Assembly: GCA_001784175.1 (NCBI GenBank)
Contig: MFPR01000033.1
Coordinates: 62,001-126,000, forward strand
Reading direction: 5' to 3'
DNA: 64,000 nt
DNA from: Candidatus Lindowbacteria bacterium RIFCSPLOWO2_12_FULL_62_27
GTDB lineage: Bacteria > Lindowbacteria > 2-12-FULL-62-27
Shown piece by piece: positions 1-8,924 of the stretch (the stretch's first letter is position 1; every line of letters starts with the position of its first letter). Made by a program: the position numbers and the translations under genes. The notes beneath the pieces are model-generated. The model was not told the origin of the DNA. It did no database searches and saw nothing but the letters and a program-made list of their open reading frames with translations.

Positions 1-2
1 TC

Positions 3-1139
3 CTCAAACCGGACCGGGCCTACATTCTGCTCGTGGATCCGAAATCGGGAGACATCCGGCCGGCGGGCGTCAAGACCAAAGACGGCGCGGCGCCGGCGCT
101 GGACCAGATTCCCATCAGCCACACGATCTGCAAGCGCGTGATCCGTAGCCACGAGGCGCTCATCACGATGGACGCCGCAACCGATCAGCGGCTCAAGGCC
201 GGCGTGAGCATCCACGATTTCTCCATCCGGTCCGCCATGTGCGCGCCGATGATCCACAATGAAAAGGTGGTCGGGCTCATCCATGTGGACACCAAGGGGC
301 TGGTGAAAAGCTTCACGAACGACGACCTGGAGCTTCTCGTGGCCGCCGCGTCCACGGCCGCGACCGCGGTCGCCAACACGATGCTCAGCGTGGAGATTCA
401 GAGGCATGAGGAGGTTCGCCACAACATGTCCCGGTTCTTCTCCCCGGCGATCGTCGAGCAGGTGACGAAGGCGGAGGGAAAAATGAAGCTGGACGGGGAG
501 CGGATCCGGGTCTCGATCCTGTTCACCGATCTACGGGGCTTCACGGCCCTGTCGCAGGATTTGCAGGTCGAGGACGTGGTGTCGCTCCTGAACCGCCATT
601 TTTCGATGGCGGTCACGAACCTCTTCAAGGAGGGCGGGACGCTGGACAAATTTCTGGGGGACGGCCTCATGGCGATTTTCGGCGCGCCGGTCCCTCTCAA
701 AAATCCGGCGGAGGGCGCGGTCAAGGCGGCGACGAACATCATCACGGCGACGGAGATTCTGAACGGCCTGATCGCGGCGGACGGGTTGCCGCCGCTCAAA
801 GTGGGAATCGGGATCGCCACGGGATTCGCCATCGTCGGCACCATCGGATCGCCCGAGCGGCTCGAATACACGGCCATCGGCTCGCCCGTCAATCTCGCGG
901 CACGCCTCACGGCGGTCGCCGAGGCCGGACAGATCCTCATCGACGAGGCTACGGCCGAGGCGCTGTCGCGCAAGGCCCCGCTCAAGGATCTGGGACAAAT
1001 CGCCGTCAAGGGCTTCAGCGGCCCCATCCGGCATTATCAGGTCACGGTGACGCCGGCCGGGTCAGCCGCTCCGCGGCCCCAAGTGCCGGCGTCTCCGACG
1101 CCGGCCGGGTCAGCGCCTCCGGCGCCGGCCGGTCAATAA
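3..1139 (+). CDS. GAF-domain class III adenylate/guanylate cyclase (5'-truncated by the window edge)
   Basis: GAF-like segment (SAMCAPM..VVGLIHVD..FTNDDLELL), then cyclase motifs ILFTDLRGFT, DKFLGDGLMAIFG, EYTAIGSPVNLAARL; frame is open from the window start. Confidence 0.9.
   Translation, partial: LKPDRAYILLVDPKSGDIRPAGVKTKDGAAPALDQIPISHTICKRVIRSHEALITMDAATDQRLKAGVSIHDFSIRSAMCAPMIHNEKVVGLIHVDTKGLVKSFTNDDLELLVAAASTAATAVANTMLSVEIQRHEEVRHNMSRFFSPAIVEQVTKAEGKMKLDGERIRVSILFTDLRGFTALSQDLQVEDVVSLLNRHFSMAVTNLFKEGGTLDKFLGDGLMAIFGAPVPLKNPAEGAVKAATNIITATEILNGLIAADGLPPLKVGIGIATGFAIVGTIGSPERLEYTAIGSPVNLAARLTAVAEAGQILIDEATAEALSRKAPLKDLGQIAVKGFSGPIRHYQVTVTPAGSAAPRPQVPASPTPAGSAPPAPAGQ
1049..1126 (+). repeat. 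Intragenic palindromic repeat family A, ~1.6 tandem units
   Basis: Core CCCCAAGTGCCGGCGTC-TCC-GACGCCGGCC; related copies at 8017-8070, 9423-9519 (minus) and 27953-28010. Confidence 0.85.
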
Positions 1140-1528
1140 AGAGGGGAGTGGACGTCCGTTTTCAGCACGTAGGTAGGCTGGCCGCCCACCGTGTCAGTTT
1201 GCTGGATGACGTAAAGCTGCTTGTTGTGGCAGACGAGGTCGAATTGGGCGAAGCCGAGATTCTTGTACGCATGGATCCGGAATTCGTTGTCTTTGGCTTT
1301 CAAAATATCCTTGACCTCGTCGGGCGGGAAATCTTCATTCAGTTCCTCGCCTTTCATGAGACGCATGATTTTGAGAACATTGTTCGGTGACAGTCCCTCC
1401 TGCTGAAGCTCCTTTCGAATCGCATCCGGCGGCGCGCCCCCCGCGAGCTTCTGCTTCATTCGGTCGACGGTCTTCAAGAGGTGCTTTTTCATCATGACGA
1501 AGATGGTCGTGCGGTCGCCCGGGCTCAA
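1133..1528 (-). CDS. Hypothetical ~131-aa protein, divergent member of a three-gene family (with 4765-5157 and 14435-14821)
   Basis: Aligns by eye with the paralogs: GDxT start, GLSPNNVLKI vs GFSPHNARRI, GEELNEDF vs GEPLEDEI, DLV vs DIV, YVLK vs YTLK. Confidence 0.75.
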   Translation of the reverse strand: MSPGDRTTIFVMMKKHLLKTVDRMKQKLAGGAPPDAIRKELQQEGLSPNNVLKIMRLMKGEELNEDFPPDEVKDILKAKDNEFRIHAYKNLGFAQFDLVCHNKQLYVIQQTDTVGGQPTYVLKTDVHSPLY

Positions 1529-1532
1529 GGCG

Positions 1533-2798
1533 CTATTTCACCGTGATGTGGGGTTTGAGTTTTTCGAATTTCTTTTCTCCGATGCCCGGGATGGTCCTCA
1601 GATCCTCGACGCTCGCGAATTTCCCGCCGCGCGCCTCCCGCGCCTTCAGAATTTTCTCGGCCATGGACGCGCCCACACCCGGCAGGCGGTCCAAGTCGGC
1701 GGCGGTCGCCGTGTTAAGGTTGATCAGCTCGCCCTCGGCCATGGGTGGCGTGGGCGAGGTCGAGTGGCTGCTCGATTTCGGGCGGGGAGCCGAAGCCCTC
1801 GAAGCGCCGGCGGGCGCGTCATCCGCAGTGCGTGACCCGCCCGGTCTCAGGACCAGAACAAGCCCCACCGTCAGGACCAGCGCCGCGGCCGCGCCACCCC
1901 ATATGATCGAGGGTTTGTGGTACCACGGCCGAAGTTCCAGATTCGCGCGGCTGTAAACGCCGGACATCGTGCCTTCCATCAGCTTCAGCGCGTTTTCCAG
2001 CTCGACGTACAGCTCACCGATCGACGCCCGGCGCTCGTTTTTGTCCTTCGCGAGGCACCGCATGATGACCTCGTCCAGGTACGGCGGTATTTTGGGATTG
2101 ATTTCGATCACGCGTTTGGGCATCTCGTTGTTGATGCGTTCGACGACCTGCCAGAGCGTCGCGTCCGGGGACTGCGGCGGGAACGGCACCTGGCCGGTCA
2201 GGGATTCGTAGAGGACGACGCCGAAGGAATAGATGTCGGTGCGCTGGTCCAGATTGGCCTCGCCGGCGAGCTGTTCGGGCGACATGTATTCGACCGTGCC
2301 GAGGACGGAGCCGGTGGTGGTCATTTCGGATTTTTTCTCCCGCGCGATCCCGAAGTCGAGGAGCTTGGCGGTGTCGCCGTCGCCCACGATGATGTTGTGG
2401 GGCTTGATGTCGCGGTGAATGAGGTTCATGTCATGGATGTACCGCAGGGCGCCGGCAATCTGAAGGCCGATCACGAGCCCCCGCCGGGCTTTGAGGGGCC
2501 CGCCATCGGTGATGATTTTTTTGAGAGACTGGCCTTTGAGAAGTTCCATCACGAAATAGTGCTGCTCGATTTCCGTCGCGTAAATCTGAACGATGTTGGG
2601 ATGCTTGAGCTTGCCGAGGGCCTTGGCGTCGTTGAAAAACCGGCTCACCGATTTTTCGTCGGTCCAGAGGTGCTCGTGCAGGATCTTGATGGCCACCTCC
2701 ATGTCGATGGTTGTATCGATGGCGCGGTAGACGGTCCCCATGCCGCCGATGCCGATTTCCTCGTGAACCTTGTATTTTCCCAGTTTCTCGGGGGGCAC
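1533..2798 (-). CDS. Kinase K1: Ser/Thr kinase + TM + ComEA-type HhH domain
   Basis: GIGGMGTVY, VAIK, HRDIKPHN, DFG, GTVEYMSPE; hydrophobic IIWGGAAAALVLTVGLVLVL; INLNTATAADLDRLPGVGASMAEKI..LRTIPGIGEKKFEKL. Confidence 0.93.
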   Translation of the reverse strand: MPPEKLGKYKVHEEIGIGGMGTVYRAIDTTIDMEVAIKILHEHLWTDEKSVSRFFNDAKALGKLKHPNIVQIYATEIEQHYFVMELLKGQSLKKIITDGGPLKARRGLVIGLQIAGALRYIHDMNLIHRDIKPHNIIVGDGDTAKLLDFGIAREKKSEMTTTGSVLGTVEYMSPEQLAGEANLDQRTDIYSFGVVLYESLTGQVPFPPQSPDATLWQVVERINNEMPKRVIEINPKIPPYLDEVIMRCLAKDKNERRASIGELYVELENALKLMEGTMSGVYSRANLELRPWYHKPSIIWGGAAAALVLTVGLVLVLRPGGSRTADDAPAGASRASAPRPKSSSHSTSPTPPMAEGELINLNTATAADLDRLPGVGASMAEKILKAREARGGKFASVEDLRTIPGIGEKKFEKLKPHITVK

Positions 2799-3745
2799 TA
2801 GAGTACTCCTTTTTTGAGGTACGTGCAGGTTCGGCCCGAATGACAGGTCGTAAACGCCGCCACTGGAGCGGCTGACGGCTCGGCGGAAACGCGCGCCAGC
2901 ACGACGGTCACGTTGTCCCGCCCGCCGGCTTGCAGGGCGGCTTTGATCAGCGCGGCGGCCTGGTCGGTCGCCGTTCCACGCTCCAGAAGGATTTTTTCAA
3001 TCGCAGTGTCGTCGATCATATCTGTGAGACCATCTGTGCAAAGCAGTATAAGATCATCCGGCGACAAACTCAAGGTCGAATATTCGGGATCGAGGACGGG
3101 TTCCTTGCCGATCACCTTCGTCACCATGTGCCGCATGGGATGCACCCTCGCGTCTTCGCGCGTGATCCGGTTCAGACGGATCAGTTCCGACATCAGCGAA
3201 TGATCGCGCGTGACCTGCTTGAGCCGACCCCCGCCGAGTACATAGGCACGGCTGTCGCCGGCGTGCGCGAGGTGGAGCGTCGTGCCCTGGAGGACGGCGG
3301 CCACGGCCGTGGTCGCCATGCGGTCAAAAATTCCGCGCCGGCCGCCCTCGCTGCGAACGAGATCGTGCGAGACGGAGAGGCTGTTCGCAACATGCTCGGC
3401 AGCCGGCGCCGATCCCAGAGCGAGGACCGTGCGGATCATGTCGGCCGCGACGGTTTTGACGGTGAGATTGGAAGCGACCTCGCCCAGCTCCTCGCCGCCC
3501 ACACCATCCGCGATCAACAGCACCGTCACCGGCTGCGATGCGGGGCCCCGCGAGAACCGCAGGGCCGCGTGCGCATCCTCGTTGTTCGTCCGCACGTTTC
3601 CCATGTCCGTCTGGGCGGTGAGGTCCGGCAGCGGGTCCGTGGAGATGGTCCACTCCTTCCAGCCGTGCTGGACAAGGATGGGGTTCAAGAGCCCCCACAG
3701 TTTGACGATATCGAGAAGATCTTCGTCTTTTTTCACGGCGTCCAT
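2798..3745 (-). CDS. PP2C/PPM-family Ser/Thr phosphatase
   Basis: TDMGNVRTNNED, IADGVGG, AHAGDSRAY, TRDHS, LCTDGLTD, GGRDNVTV. Confidence 0.93.
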   Translation of the reverse strand: MDAVKKDEDLLDIVKLWGLLNPILVQHGWKEWTISTDPLPDLTAQTDMGNVRTNNEDAHAALRFSRGPASQPVTVLLIADGVGGEELGEVASNLTVKTVAADMIRTVLALGSAPAAEHVANSLSVSHDLVRSEGGRRGIFDRMATTAVAAVLQGTTLHLAHAGDSRAYVLGGGRLKQVTRDHSLMSELIRLNRITREDARVHPMRHMVTKVIGKEPVLDPEYSTLSLSPDDLILLCTDGLTDMIDDTAIEKILLERGTATDQAAALIKAALQAGGRDNVTVVLARVSAEPSAAPVAAFTTCHSGRTCTYLKKGVL

Positions 3746-3754
3746 TCCGCCCGC

Positions 3755-4768
3755 CTACGCCTGCGCCACAGTCTGCCGCGCGACCAGCCGAAGCCGGCCC
3801 TTGGAGGGAAATTCGGCGACGATGTAATCCAACCCTTCCGGCGTCTGTCCCAGGTCAACGATGAGACCGCGCTCGCCGAAAACGGCATGGTCCACGAATG
3901 TGGAGAGCGGAAACCGGCCGTCAAACGCGTACGGCGCCGTCCGCGGCTCGTGCGGCGCGCCGGCCAGCGCGTCCAAAAATTCCCGGGCGGTCTGGAACCG
4001 CTTCGCCGGATCTTTCTGCATCGCCACTTGAACGATGTTCGCCGTCGTCTCGGAGACGTCCGGCCGCAGGGACCGGATCGGGGCGAATGTGAATTTCGGA
4101 TCGTTCCATTTCCGGAGAATCGACAGGGACGTGTCGTCTTTGAAGGGCGCGGACCCCGACAGCGCGCTGTAGAGCGTGAGCCCGACGGCCCACAGGTCCG
4201 CGCGATGATCGACGGTTTTGGCGTCGACAAACTGTTCCGGCGCCATGTAGGCGGGCGAACCGAAATGGGAGCCGGTCACGGTGAGCGTCGCGTCCACGAC
4301 CATCTTCGACAGACCGTAGTCGATCAGTTTGGCCGCCCCAGAAGCCAGATAAATGTTTTCCGGTTTGATGTCCCGGTGGATCGCGCCGCCGTCGGGCAGC
4401 GTGTGGGCGTAATCGAGGGCGGACAGGACCTGCCGCGCGATGTCGACCGCCTCGGTTTCCGGAACGGCCGACCGGTACATCCGCTCAAGGAGCGTCTCGC
4501 CCTCCAGAAGCTCCATCGCATAGTAGTGGACGTCCTTTTCGACGCCGGCGCCGAGCAGGCGGATGATGTTGGGATGATCGAGCCGCCGGAGGATGGAGGC
4601 CTCGCGATCGAACCGCGCGCGGAAATGCTCGTCCCGCGACAGAAACGCCGGCAGAACCTTGAGCGCCGCCCACTGGCCGGTTTCGACATGCCGGGCCTTG
4701 TAGACCACGCCCATGCCGCCGTGCCCGAGGCTCGTAACCGCCTCGAACGGTCCGAAACGCTCGTTCAC
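3755..4768 (-). CDS. Kinase K2: soluble Ser/Thr kinase with a short C-terminal beta domain
   Basis: GHGGMGVVY, AALK, HRDIKPEN, DYG, GSPAYMAPE; no TM segment. Confidence 0.92.
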   Translation of the reverse strand: MNERFGPFEAVTSLGHGGMGVVYKARHVETGQWAALKVLPAFLSRDEHFRARFDREASILRRLDHPNIIRLLGAGVEKDVHYYAMELLEGETLLERMYRSAVPETEAVDIARQVLSALDYAHTLPDGGAIHRDIKPENIYLASGAAKLIDYGLSKMVVDATLTVTGSHFGSPAYMAPEQFVDAKTVDHRADLWAVGLTLYSALSGSAPFKDDTSLSILRKWNDPKFTFAPIRSLRPDVSETTANIVQVAMQKDPAKRFQTAREFLDALAGAPHEPRTAPYAFDGRFPLSTFVDHAVFGERGLIVDLGQTPEGLDYIVAEFPSKGRLRLVARQTVAQA

Positions 4769-5157
4769 GGTTTGGACACCGAAAATTCCTTCAAGGTATA
4801 GACAAACCCATCGCCGGCCGGTTTGACCATCTGCGCCTGAAAGTCCCTGGCCCTGAACCGGACAATGTCGTGGATGTCGACGCCAAGGTCGCGCCGGACC
4901 GTCACGCGCACGGTGTTGCTTTTGATTTCCTGAGTGTCCACGATGTCGGCGGGAGCAATTTCATCTTCGAGCGGCTCGCCCATCGTATCCTTCACGATGC
5001 GCCGCGCGTTGTGGGGCGAGAATCCCTTGGCGCGCATGATCTTTTCAATTTCCGCGCGCGCCGTGTTTTTTTCTCTGAGTTTTTTTCCGTCCTGAACCGC
5101 CTGCTGAACAAGCTTCAGAACGGTGCCGGCCAACAGCGTCTGATCGCCGTACGCCAT
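4765..5157 (-). CDS. Hypothetical 130-aa protein, first gene of the K2-PP2C-K1 operon
   Basis: AAGGAGG SD upstream; stop overlaps the K2 start; strongly similar to 14435-14821. Confidence 0.82.
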   Translation of the reverse strand: MAYGDQTLLAGTVLKLVQQAVQDGKKLREKNTARAEIEKIMRAKGFSPHNARRIVKDTMGEPLEDEIAPADIVDTQEIKSNTVRVTVRRDLGVDIHDIVRFRARDFQAQMVKPAGDGFVYTLKEFSVSKP

Positions 5158-5195
5158 CGAGAATGCCTCCTTTGGTCCGTCAAAGCCCGGCGCAC

Positions 5196-5223
5196 ACTAT
5201 AAATGACGCCGGGACGTTGTCAA
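5196..5223 (-). promoter_or_regulatory. sigma70-type promoter of the 5157-1133 operon
   Basis: Minus strand TTGACA-16 nt-TATAGT. Confidence 0.6.
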
Positions 5224-5238
5224 CCTCGGAATTTAAAC

Positions 5239-5267
5239 TTGCGCAACCCTCCGGCCTATGTTCCAAT
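5239..5267 (+). promoter_or_regulatory. Putative leaderless promoter for K3
   Basis: TTGCGC-17 nt-TCCAAT (TG extension), 7 nt before GTG at 5275. Confidence 0.4.
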
Positions 5268-5274
5268 TTTATCT

Positions 5275-7035
5275 GTGATACCCGCGTACGTCGGCAAATA
5301 CAGGATCCTTGAAGAAATCGGCCGGGGTGGAATGGGCGAGGTCTATCTTGCCGAGGACGCCATCCACAAGAACCGGGTCGCGCTGAAACTCCTGCCGGAA
5401 TTTCTGTCCAAAAACGAATCCTTTCAGGAACGGTTCGCGCGCGAGTGCAGGGCGCTTCGAGGCCTCGATCATCCCGGAATCCCGAAGCACTTGGAGGATG
5501 GCGAGGTCGACGGCCGCCGCTATTTCACGATGGAATACGTGGAAGGCCGCATGCTGTCGACCCTCCTGGAATCTCATCCGGACAGGGTGAATGAAAAGTT
5601 GATTCAGGACGTGCTGTACACGGTGGCGAAGGCGCTGGCCTACGCGCACGGCCGCGGCATTCTCCACCGGGACGTGTCTCCGAGAAACATCCTCGTCGCC
5701 AAGTCAGGCGAGGTCAAATTGATTGATTTCGGCATCTCGAAACTGGCGGACGAGATAACGTTGACCGCGACCGGCCAGCATCTCGGCACACCGGCCTTCA
5801 TGGCGCCAGAACAATTCTCGGCCCCCGGCGCGGGGGATGTGGACGGGAGAGCCGACGTCTGGTCGCTGGGGGTCGTGGGATTTCAGATGCTGACCGGCCG
5901 GTTGCCGTTTCCCGGCGAAACCCAGATTACCTTGATGCGGAAGATTCTGGACCCGGCGGTGCCGGTGCCCGCCGTTCTGGAGGTCCATCCCTCCGCGCCG
6001 GCTTCTCCTGCGCGAATCGTGGACCGCGCCCTTCAAAAAAACCGCGCCCATCGGTACGAATCGGCCGAAGCGATGGCCCGCGCCCTCGAACAGCCGAACG
6101 AGCTTCCGGACGAAACATTCAGCCCGTCCCAGCGATATTGGCCGAATCAAATCGTCTACCTGCTTCACGCGAAGCGCTGGGCGCTGGTCGAGGAGGAAGG
6201 CGCCTTCGGCGAGTGGACCTATTTTGGGTTCGCCCGTCAGGGAGGGGATGTGAGCCGCAGGGTTTGTGGGTCCGGGTCCGCCGTTCAGTTGGCGCCCGAA
6301 GCGAAGTGCACCGAATGCAGGGGCCGAATGACGACCGCCCGGTTTTGTTCGGCCTGCGGGCTGATTGCGAAAGATGCCGTCTCGCTGTGCTTGCCTGTGA
6401 TCGCGCGGGGCCGGGCAGCGCAAACTTCCGGACCCGGCCGGTCGAACAAGAAGAGGATACTGGCCGCGGCGGGCGCCATTGCCGCAGTGGGGGTGGGCCT
6501 GTTCTTTTGGCTGAGGCAGCGTCCGACCGCCAAAGATCCGACGGTGTATGCCGGCACGACGGGCCGAACGCCGGTCCAGTCAAGCATCATAGTTCCGGTC
6601 GACCCTTCCAAAATCAACATCAACGCCGCGCCGCTGAAGGAGCTGGGGCGCATCCCCGGACTTGGGAAGAAGGACGCCCAGCAGATCATCCTCCTGCGGG
6701 AGATCGCCGGGCCCTTTCAATCCCTCGATGATCTCTTCATGATGCCGGGAATCTCAGGAAAAGATATGCAGGCACTCAAGCCGCTCGCCTACGCAGGCGC
6801 GGCGGCCGAAAAACTGCCGATGCGACCCAAAGTGAATTTGAATACCGCAACGCTCGACGAATTGAAGAAAATTTTCCCCAAACTGGACGTGCATGATTCG
6901 CTGGAACCTCTTCTTGAATACCGTAATACACGCAAACATTTCCGCGCGCTGGAGGAGATCGCCAACGTGCCCGGATTCGAGACGTTCGAGAAGCGCTACT
7001 GGCTGGTCAGCCGGCTGGCCACCGTGACCCCATGA
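5275..7035 (+). CDS. Kinase K3: kinase + beta domain + Zn ribbon + TM + two ComEA-like HhH units
   Basis: GRGGMGEVY, HRDVSPRN, DFG, GTPAFMAPE; CTEC..CSAC; TM ILAAAGAIAAVGVGLFFWL; ININAA..RIPGLG and VNLNTA. GTG 5275 preferred over the ORF start at 5203. Confidence 0.9.
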   Translation: MIPAYVGKYRILEEIGRGGMGEVYLAEDAIHKNRVALKLLPEFLSKNESFQERFARECRALRGLDHPGIPKHLEDGEVDGRRYFTMEYVEGRMLSTLLESHPDRVNEKLIQDVLYTVAKALAYAHGRGILHRDVSPRNILVAKSGEVKLIDFGISKLADEITLTATGQHLGTPAFMAPEQFSAPGAGDVDGRADVWSLGVVGFQMLTGRLPFPGETQITLMRKILDPAVPVPAVLEVHPSAPASPARIVDRALQKNRAHRYESAEAMARALEQPNELPDETFSPSQRYWPNQIVYLLHAKRWALVEEEGAFGEWTYFGFARQGGDVSRRVCGSGSAVQLAPEAKCTECRGRMTTARFCSACGLIAKDAVSLCLPVIARGRAAQTSGPGRSNKKRILAAAGAIAAVGVGLFFWLRQRPTAKDPTVYAGTTGRTPVQSSIIVPVDPSKININAAPLKELGRIPGLGKKDAQQIILLREIAGPFQSLDDLFMMPGISGKDMQALKPLAYAGAAAEKLPMRPKVNLNTATLDELKKIFPKLDVHDSLEPLLEYRNTRKHFRALEEIANVPGFETFEKRYWLVSRLATVTP

Positions 7036-8891
7036 CGCAAGCGGAACGGTATTTCGGGAAATACAAGCTCATCGAGCCGCTCGAACTTGGAGGCATGGGG
7101 GAGACGTATCTGGCCGAAGACGTCGTCCAGGGAGCGCGACTGGTCGTGAAAATCATGCCGGCGCCATTGTCAAAAAATGCGGCCTTTCGGGACCGGTTCA
7201 TGCGCGAGTGCAAGGTGCTGCGAAAAATGGATCATCCCGGGATTCCCCGGCACCTTGAGGAAGGAGAAATCGACGGTCGACGCTATCTCGCGATGGAATT
7301 CATCCGGGGCCAGTCCCTGGCAAGAATCATGGGGCAAGCGCCGGCCCGGATCAACGAGAAACTGACCGAGACCGTTTTGCGTGGGGTGGCGCGGATTTTG
7401 GCGTATGCGCACAGCCTGGGCATCCTTCACAGGGATGTCTCTCCCCAGAACATCCTGATCACCGAAGGCGGGGAGGTCAAGCTGATCGATTTCGGCATCT
7501 CGAAACTGGCGGACGAGATCACGCTCAGCATGACCGGCGAGTACCTCGGAACGCCGGCGTACATGGCGCCGGAGCAAATCATGGCGTTTGGGACGAAGGC
7601 GCCGGACGCGAGGTCCGATGTCTGGTCCCTGGGCGCGGTCGGGTTCCGGCTGTTGACCGGCCGGCGCCTCTATGATGAAGATTCGCCCGTCGAAGTGGTG
7701 CGGCGCATCACCGATCTCGTGGTCCCGGCGCCGTCTGTTCTGGATGTCAAGCCCGATGCGTCACCGCGTCTGGCTCGGATCGTCGATCGGGCGCTGCAAA
7801 AAATTCCGAAATACCGTTATGAATCGGCCGAGGCCATCGCACGCGAGCTGGAACGATCTGACCGGGCCACGCCGGATTTCTTCAGTCCGGCGCGAAGATA
7901 TTGGCTGGATCAAATGGTCTATCTTCCTTTTGCGAAACGCTGGGCGGTGGTGGACGAAGAAGGCCGTTTCGGAAACCGGTTCTACTTCGGACTCGTGCGC
8001 CAGGATGGTTCCCGGAGCCGGCGGGTCAGCGGCTCCGCCGCCCCAAGTGCCGGCGTCTCCGACGCCGGCCGCAGCAGCGGCTGTTTCGCCGATGACGTAC
8101 GGTCCCGTGCGGATTCCGAGGGAGGCCATGGGTCAAAGGCCTGCACCGAATGCGGCGGTGGCCTGCATCCCGATGAGTTCTGCCCGGCCTGCGGGCTGAT
8201 CGCCGCAGGCGCGGCCTCGTCCTGTACCGTCGTTGCCCGCCACGCCGATATCACGCCGCCCGGGCCGTCCCGACCCGGCCGGATCAAAAAATGGGCGTTC
8301 GGAGCCGCGGGCGTCGTTGCGGCGGCCTTGGGCGTGTTTCTCTGGATGAAACTCACCCCGGACCGGCCCGCGGCCGTCGGTCAACCGAAGGCGGTTCAGC
8401 CGGCGGAGGCGCCGGGTGGAGAAGTTCCGGTCGACCCTTCCAAAATCAATATCAACGCGGCGTCCCTTGCCGAGCTCGCGCAAATCAAGGGAATCGGTCT
8501 CCAGACCGCTTCGCAGATTGTCATCCTTCGCGAAATCGCCGGACCCTTCAAGCACATCAACGAGGTCGGCATGATCCCCGGCGTCACGGAGGAGACGATG
8601 GAGGAACTGAAACCCCTGGCCTACGCCGGTCCCGCCGCTGAAAAATTGCCGAGCCGGCCCAAAGTCAATATCAATACCGCGTCACCGGAGGAACTGAAAA
8701 AAACATTACCCCGCATGAAGAATAAAATCGTCCGGCAGGAACCATGGGCCGCGCTCAATCATCTCATCGAATACCGGCAAGAAAACGGCCCCTTCAAAAA
8801 TATGGAGGAGATTCGCGAAGTCCCCGGATACGGCCGCAGCGGGGTCGGCAAGAATTACTGGCTGGTGTCCAAATTGTGCACGGTGCAATGA
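7032..8891 (+). CDS. Kinase K4: kinase + beta domain + Zn ribbon + TM + two ComEA-like HhH units
   Basis: HRDVSPQN, DFG, GTPAYMAPE; CTEC..CPAC; TM; ININAASLAELAQIKGIG; paralog of K3 with ATGA overlap. Confidence 0.9.
   Translation: MTQAERYFGKYKLIEPLELGGMGETYLAEDVVQGARLVVKIMPAPLSKNAAFRDRFMRECKVLRKMDHPGIPRHLEEGEIDGRRYLAMEFIRGQSLARIMGQAPARINEKLTETVLRGVARILAYAHSLGILHRDVSPQNILITEGGEVKLIDFGISKLADEITLSMTGEYLGTPAYMAPEQIMAFGTKAPDARSDVWSLGAVGFRLLTGRRLYDEDSPVEVVRRITDLVVPAPSVLDVKPDASPRLARIVDRALQKIPKYRYESAEAIARELERSDRATPDFFSPARRYWLDQMVYLPFAKRWAVVDEEGRFGNRFYFGLVRQDGSRSRRVSGSAAPSAGVSDAGRSSGCFADDVRSRADSEGGHGSKACTECGGGLHPDEFCPACGLIAAGAASSCTVVARHADITPPGPSRPGRIKKWAFGAAGVVAAALGVFLWMKLTPDRPAAVGQPKAVQPAEAPGGEVPVDPSKININAASLAELAQIKGIGLQTASQIVILREIAGPFKHINEVGMIPGVTEETMEELKPLAYAGPAAEKLPSRPKVNINTASPEELKKTLPRMKNKIVRQEPWAALNHLIEYRQENGPFKNMEEIREVPGYGRSGVGKNYWLVSKLCTVQ
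8017..8070 (+). repeat. Palindromic repeat family A inside K4
   Basis: GGGTCAGCGGCTCCGCCGCCCCAAGTGCCGGCGTCTCCGACGCCGGCC; read as [14 protein letters not shown]. Confidence 0.85.
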
Positions 8892-8924
8892 CGCGGGCGA
8901 CGGGGCCCTTCCGGGCGCGCGCGA

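Noticed and set aside
2930-4801. Long antisense or alternative-frame ORFs (also 13313-14887, 15235-16911, 19056-21017, 32936-34456, 49163-51331, 51928-53541)
   Set aside because: Shadow ORFs typical of high-GC DNA, overlapping well-supported genes and lacking motifs
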